This document shows positions 1 to 8,348 of a DNA stretch of 35,127 bases, piece after piece. How positions within the stretch are numbered: the stretch's first letter is position 1; each line of letters begins with the position of its first letter. The notes under the pieces are model-generated. The model did not search any database. It saw only the letters and a list, made by a program, of their open reading frames with translations, and had not been told where the DNA came from. The stretch is from Bdellovibrionota bacterium (GTDB taxonomy: Bacteria; Bdellovibrionota; Bdellovibrionia; Bdellovibrionales; Bdellovibrionaceae), in the NCBI GenBank assembly GCA_040384405.1, contig JAZKJI010000179.1:9317-44443 (forward strand), in the 5' to 3' direction. The position numbers were made by a program, and so were the translations under genes.

Positions 1-209
1 ACACAGCCATTGTTTGAGCAGACGCTCATGGTTGTAGATCCAGCCGCATTCCCGTGAACGGTAATTTGATTACCGCTAATGCTGTAATATGCTACGTTTG
101 AATTGCTGTTACTTGCAACAGACAAAACACCGCTCACATTGTAAGCGGAAACCGCCGCAGACTGTCCGGCTGTTAAAGACAAGCTAGTCTGGCCAAGTGA
201 CAGTGTAGT
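1..209 (-). pseudogene. Orphan internal fragment of a repeat-rich Ig-like-domain surface or secreted protein. It runs off the left edge and has no usable N-terminus.
   Basis: Not in the ORF track. The minus-strand frame is open from nt 245 to the window edge and reads [69 protein letters not shown]. This S/T/G/N/V beta-strand pattern resembles bacterial Ig-like (Big-type) repeats. The codons upstream of it (210-245) are simply the reverse complement of hppA coding sequence and are bounded by TAA at 246-248. No start codon, signal peptide or N-terminus precedes the domain. Confidence 0.4.
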
Positions 210-1589
210 TTGGTTGCCGCAATTGTAGCAGCGATGGCCATCGGATTAACAACTTCAATGGATCAAATTAAAGGGCTAGCAGAAGATTTCGCAACGATGG
301 GTGACGAGCGAACTCGTGCATCGGCCGTGTTACTTCCACTTATTTTATCTGCGTTGGGAATGGTCATTTCAATTCTCGTAATTTTTGTTACTCGTTTATT
401 AAGTAATGCTCGTCCTGCGGTAGTATTAAGAAACGCTTTAATTATCCCACCTGTTATTTTAACAATTGCTTCCTACATCATAATGCCGATTCTTGGGTTC
501 ACCCAAAACGTGACCGTGGCGTTGGGCGCCGGTGCCATCGGTGGAGCATTAATTGGTTTAATTACCGAGTACTATACTGCTCATCATCCGATTCGCGTTG
601 TTGCAAAAGCAAATTTAACTGGTCCCGCGACCGGAGTTATCCGTGGTTTAGCGGTAGGTATGGAATCGGTTGCCATTCCAATGATCATCGTTATTTTAGC
701 AGCTTATTTTGCTGACCGAGTTTTAGGATTATACGGTATCGCACTTGCGGCCGTTGGAATGTTGGCAGGAACTGCAGTTGTAATGACAGTTGATGCTTAC
801 GGGCCAATTGCTGATAACGCTGGCGGTATTTCTGAAATGTCAGGACTTGGAAAAGAAGTTAGAAATATCACTGACGAGTTAGATGCAGTTGGAAATACAA
901 CGGCAGCGATCGGAAAAGGTTTTGCCATTGGTTCTGCAATCCTTACCGTTGTTGCACTTTTCTCGGCATTTAATATGGAAGTTAACCACGTAAGAATCCA
1001 AGCCGGTAAAGCGGCGATGTCTTTAGATCTGACTGCCTCTGGTGTTTTGATCGGAATTTTAATCGGTTCAATTCTTCCATACTTAGTTGGTGCTACAACA
1101 ATGACTGCCGTTGGAAGAGCTGCTGGAAAAATCGTTGAAGAGATTGCACGTCAATTTCGTGAAATTCCGGGATTACTTCAAGGTAAAGCTGAACCACAAC
1201 CTGCGAAAATCGTTGATATCGCTACCAGAGCGGCACTTTTTGAAATGATTCTTCCAGGTCTAATTGCAGTAGTAGCTCCGATCGCAGTTGGTTTTGCATT
1301 GGGGCCTCAGGCACTTGCAGGAACTTTAGCGGGTGCATTGGCAGTTGGTGCGACAATGTCTTTGTTTATGGCTAATGCGGGTGGCGCTTGGGATAACGCT
1401 AAAAAGTTTATCGAAAAGGGCGGCATGCCTGGCCATGCTAAGGGTAGTGAAGTTCATAAAGCTGCGGTGGTTGGCGACACTGTCGGCGATCCATTCAAAG
1501 ATACATCTGGTCCGGGCGTGGCAATTTTGATTAAAGTTATGAGCGTCGTTGCGCTTTTAATTGCGCAACTTATTGCGACGATCGGCTAA
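210..1589 (+). CDS. hppA: Membrane-integral (K+-dependent type) H+/Na+-translocating pyrophosphatase. Only the C-terminal ~2/3 is present, so it is probably 5'-truncated.
   Basis: Family motifs [28 protein letters not shown] (Ala in GNTTAA marks the K+-dependent subfamily), [11 protein letters not shown] and [15 protein letters not shown]. It is 459 aa, whereas as far as I recall the family is about 650-750 aa. The N-terminal helices and the first acidic loops (DVGADLVGKVE / DNVGDNVGD type) are missing. The first in-frame start is TTG 210, immediately after TGA at 198-200. Confidence 0.85.
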   Translation: MVAAIVAAMAIGLTTSMDQIKGLAEDFATMGDERTRASAVLLPLILSALGMVISILVIFVTRLLSNARPAVVLRNALIIPPVILTIASYIIMPILGFTQNVTVALGAGAIGGALIGLITEYYTAHHPIRVVAKANLTGPATGVIRGLAVGMESVAIPMIIVILAAYFADRVLGLYGIALAAVGMLAGTAVVMTVDAYGPIADNAGGISEMSGLGKEVRNITDELDAVGNTTAAIGKGFAIGSAILTVVALFSAFNMEVNHVRIQAGKAAMSLDLTASGVLIGILIGSILPYLVGATTMTAVGRAAGKIVEEIARQFREIPGLLQGKAEPQPAKIVDIATRAALFEMILPGLIAVVAPIAVGFALGPQALAGTLAGALAVGATMSLFMANAGGAWDNAKKFIEKGGMPGHAKGSEVHKAAVVGDTVGDPFKDTSGPGVAILIKVMSVVALLIAQLIATIG

Positions 1590-2242
1590 TGAAATCACAG
1601 ACAGAAAGTCTGTTTCGTAAACATCTTGAAGAACTGGAAGCGCTAGCTAAAAACGGCGCTTCTGACGGCCTGACCTTGGGCGAAATCATGACCCTGTTCG
1701 GAATCCAGGGTCATCTAATTCTTATCATCATTTTATGTCTGCCATTTTTGCAACCCATTCCACTGGTTGGATTGTCCAGCATATTGGGTCCGCTGATGGT
1801 GGTGATTGCCTTTTTCTATGTTTTTGAAAAGCCGCCCAAATTACCTAAACGGTTTCGCGACCGGGTAATTAAAAAAGAAGTTTTATTTAAGAGTGTAGAA
1901 GTAGCATTAAAAATTTTCGGATTTCTGGAAAAGTTTATTCATCCCCGGGGAAATAGATTTTTCAAGCATCCTGTTTTTAAAGCGCTTACTTTTCTGTTGG
2001 TTTTAGTTAATGCATTTTTGCTTGCGCTGCCACTGCCAATTCCTATGAGTAATACGGTACCGGTGTTAGCAATTCTGCTTCATTGCTTAGGACTTTTGGA
2101 AGAAGACGGTATCCTTGTTATACTCAGTTTTTTAGCGGTAGGACTTTGCTATTTCTTTTTTAGCATTATAGCTGTGCAGTTAAAACAATCTGCTCCGTTC
2201 ATTTGGGAATGGCTTCAATCGATGGGTGTTACGTTAACCTAA
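1589..2242 (+). CDS. ExoD-family (exopolysaccharide synthesis ExoD-like) inner-membrane protein
   Basis: 217 aa. ExoD-like layout: LTLGEIMTLFG..LILIIILCLPFLQPIPLVGLSSILGP, then KLPKRF...LEKFIHPRG, then LALPLPIPMSNTVPVLAILLHCLGLLEEDGILV. The start overlaps the hppA stop (TAATG). Confidence 0.7.
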   Translation: MKSQTESLFRKHLEELEALAKNGASDGLTLGEIMTLFGIQGHLILIIILCLPFLQPIPLVGLSSILGPLMVVIAFFYVFEKPPKLPKRFRDRVIKKEVLFKSVEVALKIFGFLEKFIHPRGNRFFKHPVFKALTFLLVLVNAFLLALPLPIPMSNTVPVLAILLHCLGLLEEDGILVILSFLAVGLCYFFFSIIAVQLKQSAPFIWEWLQSMGVTLT

Positions 2243-2334
2243 TTCGATATTGAGACTGATGGTCCAGCTTAAAAAAGTTTTTCTCCATTTTACCCAAAGC
2301 AATTGATAAAGTTTTCGTAAACAAGGAGTACTTG

Positions 2335-2661
2335 ATGCGAAAGATAGTTTGTACCTCGGTACTATATATCGGGTTAGTCATTACCGGTTTTTCAGCAACG
2401 ACCCTGGCCGAACCCAAGGAAGAAAAAAACAGTCCACGCGGACCTCGTGGGCAAATGATGGAAAGTATTATTGAAGTCTGTAAAGCCGATAAAGAAAAAT
2501 TCTGTCCTGACTTAAAACCCGGTGAAGGTCGCATACTAAGGTGTTTTAAAAAGCATGAGAACGAAGTTTCTGTGGAATGTAAGGCAGAGTTAAAAAAAGC
2601 GGGAGCTAATCGCCGGGGGAAAATGCGTTCCGGAAAGCATCAAAGAAAAGACGATAATTAA
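2335..2661 (+). CDS. Small secreted protein with one Cys-rich repeat (Cys_rich_FGFR / Golgi-apparatus-protein-1-type repeat)
   Basis: AAGGAG at 2323-2328 lies 6 nt before ATG 2335; the track's TTG 2332 is less likely. Signal peptide MRKIVCTSVLYIGLVITGFSATTLA. Repeat signature CKADKEKFCPDLKPGEGRILRCFKKHENEVSVECKAEL followed by a basic tail. Confidence 0.7.
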   Translation: MRKIVCTSVLYIGLVITGFSATTLAEPKEEKNSPRGPRGQMMESIIEVCKADKEKFCPDLKPGEGRILRCFKKHENEVSVECKAELKKAGANRRGKMRSGKHQRKDDN

Positions 2662-2690
2662 TTATCCATTTTTCAATCAGTTTCAAAATT

Positions 2691-2726
2691 AAAAAAGCCT
2701 CGGTATTTTTACCGCGGCTTTTTTAT
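2691..2726. terminator. Bidirectional rho-independent terminator between convergent genes
   Basis: AAAAAAGCCTCGG-tattttta-CCGCGGCTTTTTTA. GC stem with one mismatch, flanked by an A-run on one side and a T-run on the other. It lies between the stops at 2661 (+) and 2747 (-). Confidence 0.7.
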
Positions 2727-2746
2727 TTCGGAATTACTTAAAATAA

Positions 2747-3550
2747 TTAAGCGTGCGCAACGCCGGTACGAGTTCGTCGTACAGGTGCCGTTAATGGATC
2801 CCGAACATTGGAAACCGCGCCCAAATAACCGCCACCAACTGCAGCAGCTAGTCCAAGGATTAACATTGCGAACATGCTCCATCCGCTGACCTTAAGCGCA
2901 TTTGCTGCGGTAACACGAGCTTTATCAGCAACGGCACCAATTTGTGCTTGAGCTTGGTCGATACGAGTATCAACTTCTGCACGAGTTAATGAAGAATTTC
3001 GCGCCAAATAATTTTTAGCACTTTCTGTTTCACCTTGAACAAGTCGTGAAGCAACGCCAGAAATTACCGTTTTAGAATCACCTTTGAACTGAACTCCGTC
3101 CAAGTTATCTTCAATCAAATTTCCAACATTTAAATTAGAGTTGGCGATTGCATCTGCTGCTGCAGGAGCACCAACTTGAGCAACGCTTCCAAGTACAGAG
3201 CCAGTTGATTTAGCGATCCAACCAACCATGCCCATTGCTTGCCACATCATCACGCCAAAAAATAGGGCAGCGACAACGGCACCTTGACCCATTCCAATTC
3301 GGAAAGCGCCAAAGTTAGAAACGCGCGCAACAAAATAACCTGCAATAAATAATGAAATGATAGAAGACAAGATCACCCAAACACCGCTGAAGATTCCAGC
3401 GTTCTGTAACGAAGCACCATCGGTTAAGCTAACGCCACCGATCGCTACCCCTAAAGCCATCAACGTAACAAAGCTAAACAATGCTACTAACACGCCTGCT
3501 AAAATTGATCGCCAGCTCATGGCTGGATGAAATGCTACTGTATTTTCCAT
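2747..3550 (-). CDS. Hypothetical integral membrane protein (about 4 TM segments with a soluble Ala/Gln-rich central region)
   Basis: GAGGAG (reverse complement of 3559-3564) lies 8 nt before the ATG at 3550 (MENTVAF...). The longer track ORF to 3643 has no RBS. Hydrophobic segments ILAGVLVALFSFVTLMALGVAIGGV, GIFSGVWVILSSIISLFIAGYFVA, GAVVAALFFGVMMWQAMGMVGWIA and WSMFAMLILGLAAAVGGGYLGAV. I do not recognise the family. Confidence 0.6.
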   Translation of the reverse strand: MENTVAFHPAMSWRSILAGVLVALFSFVTLMALGVAIGGVSLTDGASLQNAGIFSGVWVILSSIISLFIAGYFVARVSNFGAFRIGMGQGAVVAALFFGVMMWQAMGMVGWIAKSTGSVLGSVAQVGAPAAADAIANSNLNVGNLIEDNLDGVQFKGDSKTVISGVASRLVQGETESAKNYLARNSSLTRAEVDTRIDQAQAQIGAVADKARVTAANALKVSGWSMFAMLILGLAAAVGGGYLGAVSNVRDPLTAPVRRTRTGVAHA

Positions 3551-3696
3551 TCTCATATCTCCTCTTAAGTTGTTAATAATCGGGTCCACGACAGCTAGGC
3601 AAAGCAAAGGTAATGCCGGTAGCGAGGAGCCCCCGAATACCAATATTTAGGGGCGATTTGACTTGTTAAATTAAGTATTGAGGCAGATTTGGAATA

Positions 3697-4488
3697 CTAA
3701 CCCATTTTTACGTGGAGAATTTGAAACTCTTTTTTCATTCTGGAAAAAGCAAACTCCACTCGCCATGGGCCTAAAGATAAGGTGCCGAGATTTGTTTCAT
3801 CATTCCATTTAATTCTATGCCGGTGTTTATCAAATGGCCGGTGTCGAAGTTGCCTTTCAACAAGATCCTCGAATCTTTCTAAATCTGCAAAGTGCTGTAA
3901 AAGCGGGCGATGATCATCCGGTCCATTACGATTTTGAAACAAGTGCTGGGAATTGCCCATCAATGCTAAATCAGACATCGCTTGCTGATCCCAGGTAATT
4001 GTCCAGGTATCTAACTCTTCGGTTTCTAGCCACCCCGTCGCAGATACTGGATGGGAATCATATTCCGGAACGTAGGGTTTTATATCTAAGATCGGTGTGC
4101 CATTCAATAGATCCGTTCCGGTCACACAAATTTTATTACCATCAATTTTTTGGATCTTCGCCAATGTTAAACCCACCGGATTGAAACGGTGAGGAGATCG
4201 AGTAGAAAAAATACTTTTTTTACTACAGGCATGTCTTGGCGGCTGAACTTTTGCTTTAAAATTATCTTCTTCAGAATATTTGGTGCCGACTTCATGGAAA
4301 ATAAATATAATCCAAATTCTTTCGAATCCGACAAGATCCTCGACGGCTTGGGAAGTTAAGGGTCCTACGTCTAAAGTAATGGTACCAGGGCAATCATCTT
4401 CGCTGGGCTGATGGGCAACATCATATTTTTTTTGCGCAGGACAGTCGTATTATCCGATTGCCCTCAGGAGAAATTCATTTTCAACCAT
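3697..4488 (-). pseudogene. trmO: tRNA (t6A37-N6)-methyltransferase TrmO/TsaA (UPF0066) with an in-frame TAA at codon 13
   Basis: The track shows only 3697-4176. The same frame continues upstream without a canonical start: ...FERIWIIFIFHEVG...KAKVQPPRHACSKKSIFSTRSPHRFNPVGLTLAKIQKIDGNKICVTGTDLLNGTPILDIKPYVPEYD, which is the TsaA-like core. An ATG at 4488 (overlapping the upstream gene's stop by 8 nt) gives MVENEFLLRAIG, then TAA (4450-4452), then YDCPAQKKYDVAHQP..., all in one frame. Confidence 0.7.
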
Positions 4489-5290
4489 GATTGCCGCCCA
4501 AACCCCATTGCCGGATCCACTCATGAATAACGATTCCACCGCTGACCACAACGTTTAAGGAATTCTTTTCTCCTAACAGTGGAATGCGTCTGATTTCATC
4601 GCATTCGCTTAATGCCCACTTATCTAATCCCCAACGTTCATTGCCAAAAATTAATACAGTTGGAACAATTGGCCATGGTTCGGCAACTGCTACCGAATTT
4701 TGGGATGTTTCAACCCCTATAATTCGAAAACCCTTTTCTTTCATGGATGAAAAAAATAAATCCCGCTGTTTCCATTCTGTATAATTTATTTTTGTTTCGG
4801 TTCCGAGCGCCGTTTTCTTTACCCCATCATCAGATGGCAGCGGCGTATATCCTATCAAATGGATATGGGACAACCCAAATGCTTCAATAGTTCTTAAAAA
4901 ACCACCCACATTAAAGCTCGAGCGAATTGAATCAAGCGCGATCTCTAAAGGTATATCAGGGCGTTTTTCGATTTTTTTATCGTGCTGATCGATCAGAAAA
5001 TCGGTTTCCATTAAATGAAGACCAAGTTCCCGCTCAAAGGCGATCAAGAGGTCCGAAATTTTGCGGCGGTTCCAGCCATTTTTAAAAACTCGTTTCAAAT
5101 CGTACAGTTTAGGAAAATCCGTGGCTAATTTTTCCCACCGGGTTTCTAAATCTTTAAGAAGTAATTGATACTGGTCAGAGTCTTCAGGAATCAGCAAAGC
5201 TTCCGCATCTGCCCTCTGTAAACAGCGGTATATTTCGTTGATTAGTTTTCCCGGTCCCGTCGAGGGCGAATTGCCTGGGGCTTTCGCCAT
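4481..5290 (-). CDS. TrmH/SpoU-family RNA 2'-O-methyltransferase with an N-terminal extension
   Basis: SpoU_methylase C-terminal motifs: IHLIGYTP, IIGVETS, VLIFGNERWGLDKWALSECDEIRRIPLLGEKNSLNVVVSGGIVIHEW. The start overlaps the metG stop by 1 nt (TAATG). Confidence 0.8.
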   Translation of the reverse strand: MAKAPGNSPSTGPGKLINEIYRCLQRADAEALLIPEDSDQYQLLLKDLETRWEKLATDFPKLYDLKRVFKNGWNRRKISDLLIAFERELGLHLMETDFLIDQHDKKIEKRPDIPLEIALDSIRSSFNVGGFLRTIEAFGLSHIHLIGYTPLPSDDGVKKTALGTETKINYTEWKQRDLFFSSMKEKGFRIIGVETSQNSVAVAEPWPIVPTVLIFGNERWGLDKWALSECDEIRRIPLLGEKNSLNVVVSGGIVIHEWIRQWGLGGNHG

Positions 5291-7347
5291 TATTTAACCT
5301 TTGCTCCATGAATTGCACCCGGATCAGGGGAGAGAATAAATAAATCCGACCCGCCATCGCCTGCCGCAAGCACCATTCCTTCGGACATCCCGAATTTCAT
5401 CTTTCGCGGTTTTAAATTATTAACAATTAATACCTTACGTCCTAAAAGTTTTTCGGGATCGTAAGCCGCGCGGATGCCCGCGAAAATTTGTTTAGTTTGA
5501 TCGCCAACTTGAACTTTCAATTGTAAAAGTTTATCAGCACCTTCAACAAATTTAGCTTCAATGATTTCGGCAATTCGTAAATCAATTTTTTGGAATAACT
5601 CCATATCAATTTCTTCCATCGGACCTCCGGAAGTGGGTGCTGCAGTTTTCGCGGCAGTAGTTGATTTCGCCGCTACTGGTTTTGCAGGGACTATTGTTCC
5701 CTCGGGCGGTTTAGATTCGTCCAAGATTTTTTGAACAGATTCGGGCTCGATGCGGCCCAATAAGTGTTGGTAAGTTTGAATAGAAGAATTGGTGATTAAA
5801 GTATTTAAGTCGGCCCACATCAATGGTTTTCCACCCAGCAGTGCTTCAACCTTTGCCACGTATTGAGGTAACACAGGCTTCAATAATATTGATAAGCGCC
5901 GAAAAATATTTACCGTGCTGGTAAGAATTTTTTGGGTCTCGGTAGGATTTTCTTTAATCAATTTCCAAGGTGCTTTTTCATCGAAGTACCGGTTTGCTTC
6001 TTCAGTTAAAGATCGAATTTCAGCCATGGCTTTAGCAAATTCCCGGGCTTCAAAGTAAGTGCCGATCTCTTCAGATTTATCGGTAATTAATTTTAAAACT
6101 CTTTCACCGCCGGAATCCAAAGTAGTGAGCTTATGATCAAAGCTTTTTCCCAGCATTTGGAAGCCTCGCGAAGCAAGGTTTGTAATTTTTCCGATCAGCT
6201 CGGCATTTACCCGGTTAACGAAATCGTCAAAGTTTAAATCGTAATCATCCATCCCGGAATTAATTTTAGTCGCGTAATAATAGCGAAGGTACGTTGAATC
6301 CAAATTTTTAAGATAAGTCCGTGCGGAAATAAAATTCCCGCGGGATTTACTCATCTTTTCACCATTTACCATTAATCGTCCGTGGGGAAATACAGCCGTT
6401 GGCGTCCGATAATCCGCGGCACTTAATAGGGCTGGCCAAAAAAGCGCGTGAAAATAAATGATGTCTTTACCAATGAAATGATAAATTTCGGTATTTGGAT
6501 CATTCCAATAATTTTCGAAAGATTTTTTATTCAGGGTGCACCAGTCTTTAAGACTAGAGATATAGCCCATCGGAGCATCAACCCAAACGTAGAAAAACTT
6601 TCCGTCTTCGCCTGGGATGGGGAAACCAAAATAAGGTTTGTCCCGGGAAATATCCCAAGGTCTTAAATCATCGCCAAACCATTCCATCATTTTTTTTGTA
6701 ACTTCGGGGCTCGTATGATCAGGTAACCATTTCTGCAAATAGTCTTTAAAATTATTTAAGTTAAAAAATATGTGATTCGATTCTTTAAGTACGGGTTTTG
6801 CCGCGCAAACCGCGCAAAAAGGTTCGATGAGTTCTTCTGGCGAATAAGCAGCTCCGCAAACTTCGCAATTATCACCGTATTGGTCTTTGGACTTACAAAC
6901 AGGACATCCGCCTTTAACGAAGCGATCTGGTAAAAACATTTTATCATTGTTGCAGTACAGTTGTTCAACGGGCTTTTGGGAAACATGATTTTTTGCTTTC
7001 ATGCGTCCGTAAAATTCTTCGCACAACGCTTGGTTGGTTGGAGAATTGGTTGAAGAAAAATGCGAAAACTCGATTTGAAAATCAGTAAAGTCCGCCAAGT
7101 GTTCGCGGTAAGAATTCTCGATTAATTTTTCAGGCGTGATTCCTTGTTTCATGGCATTGACCATGATCGGAGTGCCATGGGTATCGTCGGCGCAAATGTA
7201 TAAACATTCATGCCCACGAAGCCGCATATACCTGGTCCAGAAATCAACTTGCAGATACTCGATCATGTGGCCGATGTGAACATACCCATTTGCATAGGGC
7301 AGGGCCGCGGTCGCCACTATTCGTCGAGATTTTTGCAGGTTTTCCAT
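5290..7347 (-). CDS. metG: Methionyl-tRNA synthetase with a C-terminal EMAPII-like tRNA-binding domain
   Basis: HIGH-type motif (PYANGYVHIGHMIEY), Zn knuckles (CPVCKSKDQYGDNCEVCG ... CAVC), KMSKS (GEKMSKSRGN), and a C-terminal OB domain (LRIAEIIEAKFVEGADKLLQLKVQVG...MSEGMVLAA). Confidence 0.95.
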   Translation of the reverse strand: MENLQKSRRIVATAALPYANGYVHIGHMIEYLQVDFWTRYMRLRGHECLYICADDTHGTPIMVNAMKQGITPEKLIENSYREHLADFTDFQIEFSHFSSTNSPTNQALCEEFYGRMKAKNHVSQKPVEQLYCNNDKMFLPDRFVKGGCPVCKSKDQYGDNCEVCGAAYSPEELIEPFCAVCAAKPVLKESNHIFFNLNNFKDYLQKWLPDHTSPEVTKKMMEWFGDDLRPWDISRDKPYFGFPIPGEDGKFFYVWVDAPMGYISSLKDWCTLNKKSFENYWNDPNTEIYHFIGKDIIYFHALFWPALLSAADYRTPTAVFPHGRLMVNGEKMSKSRGNFISARTYLKNLDSTYLRYYYATKINSGMDDYDLNFDDFVNRVNAELIGKITNLASRGFQMLGKSFDHKLTTLDSGGERVLKLITDKSEEIGTYFEAREFAKAMAEIRSLTEEANRYFDEKAPWKLIKENPTETQKILTSTVNIFRRLSILLKPVLPQYVAKVEALLGGKPLMWADLNTLITNSSIQTYQHLLGRIEPESVQKILDESKPPEGTIVPAKPVAAKSTTAAKTAAPTSGGPMEEIDMELFQKIDLRIAEIIEAKFVEGADKLLQLKVQVGDQTKQIFAGIRAAYDPEKLLGRKVLIVNNLKPRKMKFGMSEGMVLAAGDGGSDLFILSPDPGAIHGAKVK

Positions 7348-7392
7348 AATAACCTTTCTGCTTTCGCCCTACTTTAGTTTAAATTAATTGGG

Positions 7393-8310
7393 ATGAGTAG
7401 TTTTCAAGAGATCAATTCGTTAGATGCAATTCGTCGAGACGGCACAGATATGCTGGTGATGTACAATTCTTGGGCGGGTGGCCTAATTAGAAATCCGGCT
7501 TTAATGTTGGTTCCCATCGATGATCACTTGGTTCACCGGGGCGACGGAGTTTTTGAAGCCATAAAAGTAATTAAAGATAAGCCCTGGCTTAAAGATAAAC
7601 ATCTTAAGCGATTAAAGGGGTCGGCCGCCTATATCGGTCTTGATCTTTCAAAGCTTCCCCAGCTTGAAGCCGTCGTGGATACACTCAGTAAAGAACACCA
7701 AGATTTAGGAACAAGGTTACTGAGAATTTTTGTAGCGAGGGGCCCGGGGTCTTTTAGTACAAATCCCTATGATTCAACTGGCCCACAGTTGTACGTGATT
7801 CTTCATAAAATGAAACCACCCGCAGATCGAAATTGGAATACGGGTGTTAAAACCGGAATTTCTGACTTTACCCCAAAGGGATTTCCGTGGGCGACCATTA
7901 AAAGCTGTAATTACCTGATTAACGTTATGATGAAAAAAGAGGCAGTGGATAAGGGCCTTGATTTCACGTTAGGTTTCGATGGCGATACGTTAACTGAATC
8001 AAGCACGGAAAATTTAGCAGTTCTGACTCAAGCAGACGAAATAATTTATCCGCCTAAGAAAACAATCCTATCGGGCACAACCTTAGAGCGCATGTGCGAG
8101 CTGGTCCGAGAGCACGAACCGAGTTTGAAAATTATCGAACGAAAACTTACCCTTCAAGAGTTACAACAAGCTAAAGAAGTATTCATGGTAGGAACTACAA
8201 TTGATGTAATGCCCGTCGTTGAAGTAGCCGGAAAGCCTATTGGACAAGGGGTTCCAGGGCCCTGGGCACGTAAATTAAAATTACTCTTAGAGGCCGATCA
8301 ACAGAGCTAA
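7393..8310 (+). CDS. Class IV (fold type IV) PLP aminotransferase family protein. Could be branched-chain, D-amino-acid or ADC-lyase-like; the subtype is not resolvable.
   Basis: DHLVHRGDGVFEAIKV, HLKRLKGSA, RIFVARGPG, and ATIKSCNYLINVMMKKEA (Lys-containing motif typical of class IV). 305 aa. Confidence 0.7.
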   Translation: MSSFQEINSLDAIRRDGTDMLVMYNSWAGGLIRNPALMLVPIDDHLVHRGDGVFEAIKVIKDKPWLKDKHLKRLKGSAAYIGLDLSKLPQLEAVVDTLSKEHQDLGTRLLRIFVARGPGSFSTNPYDSTGPQLYVILHKMKPPADRNWNTGVKTGISDFTPKGFPWATIKSCNYLINVMMKKEAVDKGLDFTLGFDGDTLTESSTENLAVLTQADEIIYPPKKTILSGTTLERMCELVREHEPSLKIIERKLTLQELQQAKEVFMVGTTIDVMPVVEVAGKPIGQGVPGPWARKLKLLLEADQQS

Positions 8311-8313
8311 ATG

Positions 8314-8342
8314 TTGACAAAAACTCGACCTCAAGAAAAACT
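8314..8342 (+). promoter_or_regulatory. Possible sigma70-type promoter for the 8349 gene (perfect -35, weak -10). It would give a near-leaderless mRNA.
   Basis: TTGACA at 8314-8319, a 17-nt spacer, then AAAACT at 8337-8342. ATG 8349 has no Shine-Dalgarno sequence upstream. The -10 match is poor, so this is tentative. Confidence 0.25.
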
Positions 8343-8348
8343 TCATGC

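Noticed and set aside
2229-2534. 101-aa minus-strand ORF overlapping the Cys-rich secreted protein gene
   Set aside because: The plus-strand gene has an RBS, a signal peptide, a recognisable repeat and a terminator. The antisense ORF has none of these.
3551-3643. N-terminal extensions of track ORFs (3551-3643, 13234-13383, 11473-11508, 22569-22619, 32220-32243, 10899-10919)
   Set aside because: In each case an internal ATG with a better RBS or spacing, or the canonical family N-terminus or signal peptide, indicates the shorter gene. The extensions are just open frame upstream of the real start.
4450-4452. Possibility that TAA is reassigned as a sense codon in this organism
   Set aside because: TAA plainly terminates many genes in this window at the expected protein ends, including hppA, metG, the Cys-rich protein, the hydrolase and the PilZ protein. 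Genome-wide reassignment is therefore not tenable, and a local nonsense mutation or error is more likely.
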